A stretch of DNA of 64,000 bases from Methanotrichaceae archaeon (GTDB lineage Archaea; Halobacteriota; Methanosarcinia; Methanotrichales; Methanotrichaceae), in contig CAVWIG010000007.1 of NCBI GenBank assembly GCA_963754945.1, positions 50,134-114,133 of the forward strand, written 5' to 3'. The notes beneath the pieces are model-generated. The model was not told where the DNA came from and made no database searches. It saw nothing but the letters and a program-made list of their open reading frames with translations. This document shows, piece after piece, positions 59,986 to 64,000 of the stretch. The position numbers were made by a program, and so were the translations under genes. Numbering within the stretch: position 1 is the first letter of the stretch; every line of letters begins with the position of its first letter.

Positions 59986-60930
59986 TCATAATGCTTCAAA
60001 AATTTTTCTTGAAACTTTGCCGCTTGTTAGGAGAGCTACCCTGCTGAGGGGCACATCATCTTCGAGTTTGTATCCTAAGGTGGCGGAAAGCTCCCCTGCA
60101 AAAGTCAAGATCTCAGCGTGCTCCGGCATAGCCTCCCTGCTCAGCCTGGCCCTGGATCTTCCAAGGTGCATGTAGGCCTTTGCCTCGACGAAATCGGGTT
60201 CTGCCTGTTCTAGCAAGTTAGCGTATACTTCTGGATTGGCCATGTTCAGCCGGCGAGCCAGGGTCATCCGCACAACCGTCCTGCAAGTGGCATCCTTTAA
60301 GACGGAGAGGCTCTCCAGGATCTTCTTCCATAGGCCACTTGACGATGGGTTGGATATGCGCTGGTACAGCTCTTCGTTGGTGGCGTTCAGGCTCAGATAG
60401 AGTTGTGTGGGACTCAGGTTCTCCAGGACATCAGGCATGGTACCGTTTGTCACCAGAAACGATGTCATTCCCCTTCGGCCAATCTCCCGGATCAGCTCGT
60501 CGAGATAAGGATAGAGCGTTGGCTCGCCCATTAGGGATATGGCAACGTGGGCAGGGCGCCGGGCCTCCTCCAGCCTTGAGCGATCCGTCGTCGCCGCCCC
60601 ACCATAGCCGGAGAGGAAACGCTGCTGTTCTTTCAGAAGGCCGTCCAGAAGCTCCTTCGGCTCGATCCATTCCTCAGGCGGTACAACGGGCTCATCGATG
60701 GGACGCCAGCAGTGAAGACAGAGGTGGTTGCACGAAAGAGTGGGCGTCATCTGTACGCATCGGTGGCTGGAGATGCCGTAGAAGTGGTGCTTGTAGCACT
60801 GGTCTCCACCGCGAAGGCTGCGGTTTAGCCAAAGACAAGGCTTCACAGCACCGTGGGCAACAAGGTGGTAGCCTTGCTTGGTCAGAGTCCTTCTTGATGA
60901 TTCTTGAACATAATCCACGCCGTCCACCAT
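59986..60930 (-). CDS. twy1: 4-demethylwyosine synthase TYW1/Taw1
   Basis: CYK..FYGI.SHRC.QMTP, CNHLCLHCWR, SLMGEPTLYP and E.KAYM..G.SR.RL motifs. Confidence 0.96.
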   Translation of the reverse strand: MVDGVDYVQESSRRTLTKQGYHLVAHGAVKPCLWLNRSLRGGDQCYKHHFYGISSHRCVQMTPTLSCNHLCLHCWRPIDEPVVPPEEWIEPKELLDGLLKEQQRFLSGYGGAATTDRSRLEEARRPAHVAISLMGEPTLYPYLDELIREIGRRGMTSFLVTNGTMPDVLENLSPTQLYLSLNATNEELYQRISNPSSSGLWKKILESLSVLKDATCRTVVRMTLARRLNMANPEVYANLLEQAEPDFVEAKAYMHLGRSRARLSREAMPEHAEILTFAGELSATLGYKLEDDVPLSRVALLTSGKVSRKIFEAL

Positions 60931-61195
60931 ATTGGTCCATGAAGATCTTGGGTATATAGCTATGCCACACGGTTTAGACGAGGCCCGTTACCCAAGTCCT
61001 GTTGAAAAATAATCGATTCCAAGATCTCCGCCACTTGATTTAGGTTGTTAATGAAAGAATCGCACCCAATTTGTACAAGGAGCAATGAATTGTATAAGTA
61101 CAATTTAGGTTCTATTGGGGTCCTTGCTCAATTGGATAATCAATTCTCAGGAATTTGTAGAAAGACCTTTATTCATCAAAACAGGATTGGCTTTT

Positions 61196-61720
61196 ATGAT
61201 AGAACTGACCAGCGACCCCTTCGTCCTCAAGCCAAGAACAGCCCCCCTAACAGAGGCCGACTTTCGGCTTCACTTGAACATAAACTGGTGTCGCGGGGTC
61301 CTCTTCAACGTAGTGGCCCTCAAGAACTCCGTGGCCATGGTGGAGTACGACGCTATTCTATGGTCCGACGACTCAGTCATGTTCATCGAGTACAAAGACT
61401 CCGTTGGGGCGTACAAGAGTCTTTCCTCACGCCGCGTACAGCAGATGAACAGCTTTGCCAAGAACATCGCTCGAGGCCTCGGGTACAAGAACTTCATCTT
61501 CGTTGTCGTGGTCAAGGGTCTTGAGGACGCAACCGAAAAAGGAGGGGTCGAGGTAATGCCCCTTTTCGCTCTGGGAAACTACGAGCCCAGGTTCGCCTCT
61601 ACGATAACCGAGCTTGAGTACCTGAACAAGATGATAGGCAAGTACCAGAGAGATGGCAAAGAGGACGTCGCAAAGGAGCTGGAGAAGCTCAAGAACATAT
61701 TCGAGATGGAGATGCCTTGA
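61196..61720 (+). CDS. Hypothetical protein with nuclease-like (NERD-type) E-x-D...E-x-K motif
   Basis: VEYDAIL...FIEYKD motif; the stop overlaps the aroK start. Confidence 0.65.
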   Translation: MIELTSDPFVLKPRTAPLTEADFRLHLNINWCRGVLFNVVALKNSVAMVEYDAILWSDDSVMFIEYKDSVGAYKSLSSRRVQQMNSFAKNIARGLGYKNFIFVVVVKGLEDATEKGGVEVMPLFALGNYEPRFASTITELEYLNKMIGKYQRDGKEDVAKELEKLKNIFEMEMP

Positions 61721-62564
61721 GAGGATTTGCAAGCGTTATGGGTGCGGCGACCATATTGAACGCTGTCGCTACTTGGAAGGGCTCAGCCTTCGGGATTTGC
61801 CTGAAAACCACGGCCGAGGTAGAGCTGGACCGCTCCTCTGGAGTTAGGGGGGACATTCCGGGGATAGATGCAACTCTTGTTGTGAGGTGTGTTGAGCTAG
61901 TTCTGGCGAAGTTCGGCCTGGAGTGTGGTGGAGTCGTTCGCACTCAGAGCGAGATCCCTGTTGCCAGCGGCCTGAAAAGCAGCAGCACTGCCGCCAACGC
62001 TGCTGTGTTGGCCACCCTGGATGCCATAGGAGAGGAGATGGATCTCGTCGAGGCGGCCAAGATTGGAGTAGCCGCTGCGATGGAGGCGGGCGTTACAATA
62101 ACCGGAGCACTGGACGATGCCCTGGCTTCAATGCTGGGTGGTGTAGTGGTAACCGACAACAGGAACATGAAACTCCTGAAAGAGAGCGACTTGAATCGGA
62201 CGTTCTTCTTCTGGTCCCAGAAAAAAAGCTCTTCTCCAAGGACACCGATATCCAGAGATCGCGTCTCATCGCGCCTCTGGCAGAGGTAGCCTATGATCTT
62301 GCCATGAAAGGCGATTATGGCAGGGCCATGACCCTAAACGGGTTCATTTACTGCAGTGCTCTGGGACTTTCGCCCGAGCCGTTGTTGTTGGCCCTGGAAG
62401 TAGGCGCGTCGGGAACAAGCCTCTCAGGAACAGGGCCCTCTTACGCTGCCCTGGTTGGTGTTGACAATATAGACGAGCTGGAGTCTAGGTGGAGCGACCT
62501 TGGCGGAAGGGTGATAAAGACAAATGTGAACAACGTTCCAGCATCAACTGGTCGAGGGATTTGA
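61717..62564 (+). CDS. aroK: Archaeal shikimate kinase (GHMP family), frameshifted as assembled
   Basis: TILNAVAT, SEIP.ASGLKSS, TGALDDA and LSGTGP motifs; adding one A at 62179-62181 restores LLKRERLESDVLLLVP. Confidence 0.9.
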
Positions 62565-62846
62565 TTGGGGCTATCGGAGCATCGCAAGGAGATCGAGGTC
62601 ATCGATGAGAAGATCATAAGGTTGATAGATCGGCGCAACAAAATAGCAAGGAACGTATTCGAGGCCAAGAAGCTGGAAGGGCTTGGAATCAGTGATCCTG
62701 AACAGGAAAGGCTTGTTCTGGGAAGGGCCGTTGCCCTGGCCACCGAGCTTAACCTGGATGCGGGCGCTATAAAGGATATCTTCAATATTCTGATAAGGAT
62801 GAGCCTCCAGAAACAGCATGAGTTCCTCGGCAAGGATCAGGGATAA
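62565..62846 (+). CDS. Chorismate mutase (AroQ type)
   Basis: R.EI..IDE.II.LI..R...A..V..AK and I.DPEQE motifs. Confidence 0.92.
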   Translation: MGLSEHRKEIEVIDEKIIRLIDRRNKIARNVFEAKKLEGLGISDPEQERLVLGRAVALATELNLDAGAIKDIFNILIRMSLQKQHEFLGKDQG

Positions 62847-62850
62847 CCGT

Positions 62851-63240
62851 TTGACAGACATAGCCGTAATTTCGGGTTCAAAGTCGGACCAGGCTATAGT
62901 TGACAAGATTATAGCAAGGCTTGAGGAAAATGGAGCCAGCTACGAGCACAAGGTCCTTTCTGCCCACAGAAACCCCAAGGAGCTGGAGGAGTATATAGAA
63001 AATTCCAAAGCAAGGGTTTTCATTGGAGTGGCCGGTCTTTCGGCTGCACTGCCGGGATACATCGCTTCAAGAACCAAGAAACCGGTTATAGGCGTCCCTG
63101 TTAGCAGCAAGCTAGGCGGTCTGGATGCCCTTCTATCTATAGTTCAGATGCCCCCCGGGGTACCTGTAGCCTGTGTCGGGATAGATGGAGGGGAAAATGC
63201 GGCATTGCTAGCCCTACGGATACTTGAATCCGGAAGATAG
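62851..63240 (+). CDS. purE: AIR carboxylase / N5-CAIR mutase
   Basis: SGSKSD, SAHRNP, AG.SAALPG, PVIGVP and QMPPGVPVA motifs. Confidence 0.95.
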   Translation: MTDIAVISGSKSDQAIVDKIIARLEENGASYEHKVLSAHRNPKELEEYIENSKARVFIGVAGLSAALPGYIASRTKKPVIGVPVSSKLGGLDALLSIVQMPPGVPVACVGIDGGENAALLALRILESGR

Positions 63241-63286
63241 ATTTTTATACCATGTAATGGAGATAACCGATCAAAGGTGGGATAGG

Positions 63287-63718
63287 ATGTACAAGAGGAT
63301 TTTGATCGCAACGGACGGTTCAGATAAGTCAAGCCTCGCTGCTCAGGCGGGCATAGACCTTGCTAAGGCCCTGGGAGCGGAGGTACTTGCACTAAACGTC
63401 ATCAATGAAGTCGTGGTTGCCAGCGCTGTCAGGCAGCTTGGGTCCGACAGGAAAGAGGTAGAGGACAAGCTCACAGCTAGCGGCCAGAAGGCTGTAGACT
63501 CGATAAAGAAGATGGGAAGCGCTGCTGGCGTTAAGGTAGATCCACTAGTCAGGATGGGCTCCCCGGCCAATATGGTAATCGATATTGCCAGAAATGAAGG
63601 AGCTGATCTCATAGTCATGGGCAGCCACGGCGAGTCCGGAGCCTCTAAGCTGCTCATAGGAAGCGTAGTCCAGAAGGTGCTTTACTGGGCAACGATCCCC
63701 GTCCTGGTAGTGAGATGA
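63287..63718 (+). CDS. Universal stress protein
   Basis: YKRILIATDGS, DLIVMGSHG and GSV..KV.....PVLVVR motifs. Confidence 0.95.
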   Translation: MYKRILIATDGSDKSSLAAQAGIDLAKALGAEVLALNVINEVVVASAVRQLGSDRKEVEDKLTASGQKAVDSIKKMGSAAGVKVDPLVRMGSPANMVIDIARNEGADLIVMGSHGESGASKLLIGSVVQKVLYWATIPVLVVR

Positions 63719-63722
63719 TCAT

Positions 63723-63839
63723 ATGGCAGCAGAAGCATTCATGATCGCCGATTCCCTGGTCTACGGCGCTTTTGCGGTAGTATTCGTAATCGGAACTATT
63801 CTCGCTTATTTCGTGATCAGCCTGATTGGCGGAAGCTAG
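63723..63839 (+). CDS. 38-aa single-TM micro-protein (absent from ORF track)
   Basis: MAAEAFMIADSLVYGAFAVVFVIGTILAYFVISLIGGS*; ATG 4 nt after the USP stop; hairpin and T-rich tract follow. Confidence 0.7.
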   Translation: MAAEAFMIADSLVYGAFAVVFVIGTILAYFVISLIGGS

Positions 63840-64000
63840 GCAGGCAACAAGGAGAGTTCCATCCTTACTAGGATGGATCCTCCCATCACATTTTCATTAC
63901 CAAAATTGGTGTTAATAGACATCTTTTATAATTGTGCAATTTGTAAATAAAGTAAAAAATTCAAAAAATTAAACTGCAAAAAATAAAACCGTCTTCTTAG

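Overview
This is an archaeal methanogen chromosome segment. Gene content and style (HdrED, methanogenesis markers 2 and 4, lineage-type secreted proteins) best fit Methanothrix/Methanotrichaceae; that assignment is an inference. The housekeeping backbone carries polC (DP2), tfb, gar1, NOG1 GTPase, thermosome, hdrDE, aroD, DHQ synthase II, aroK, chorismate mutase, kae1, purD, purE, nfo, xth, TYW1, tRNA-Leu(CAG), tRNA-Lys(CTT) and tRNA-Trp(CCA) with a box C/D intron. Accessory material comprises a decaying HxlR redox/detox cassette (11.5-14.9 kb) and a rearranged island (15.8-26.1 kb). That island holds a TPR-nuclease-like fusion, a RelE-type toxin-antitoxin pair, IS256 nested in IS630, an IS5, an IS110 remnant and a partial duplicate of the methionine gamma-lyase gene. 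Two further IS5 elements lie at 40-47 kb. Three IS-split host genes can be rebuilt in frame. Several single-base frameshifts at short homopolymers, including aroK and an apparent marker 2-marker 4 fusion, may be assembly errors. No CRISPR array was seen. The best candidates for undescribed biology are the TPR-nuclease fusion, a secreted protein with four CX5CX6CXC repeats, and unannotated micro-proteins; none is established from sequence alone.
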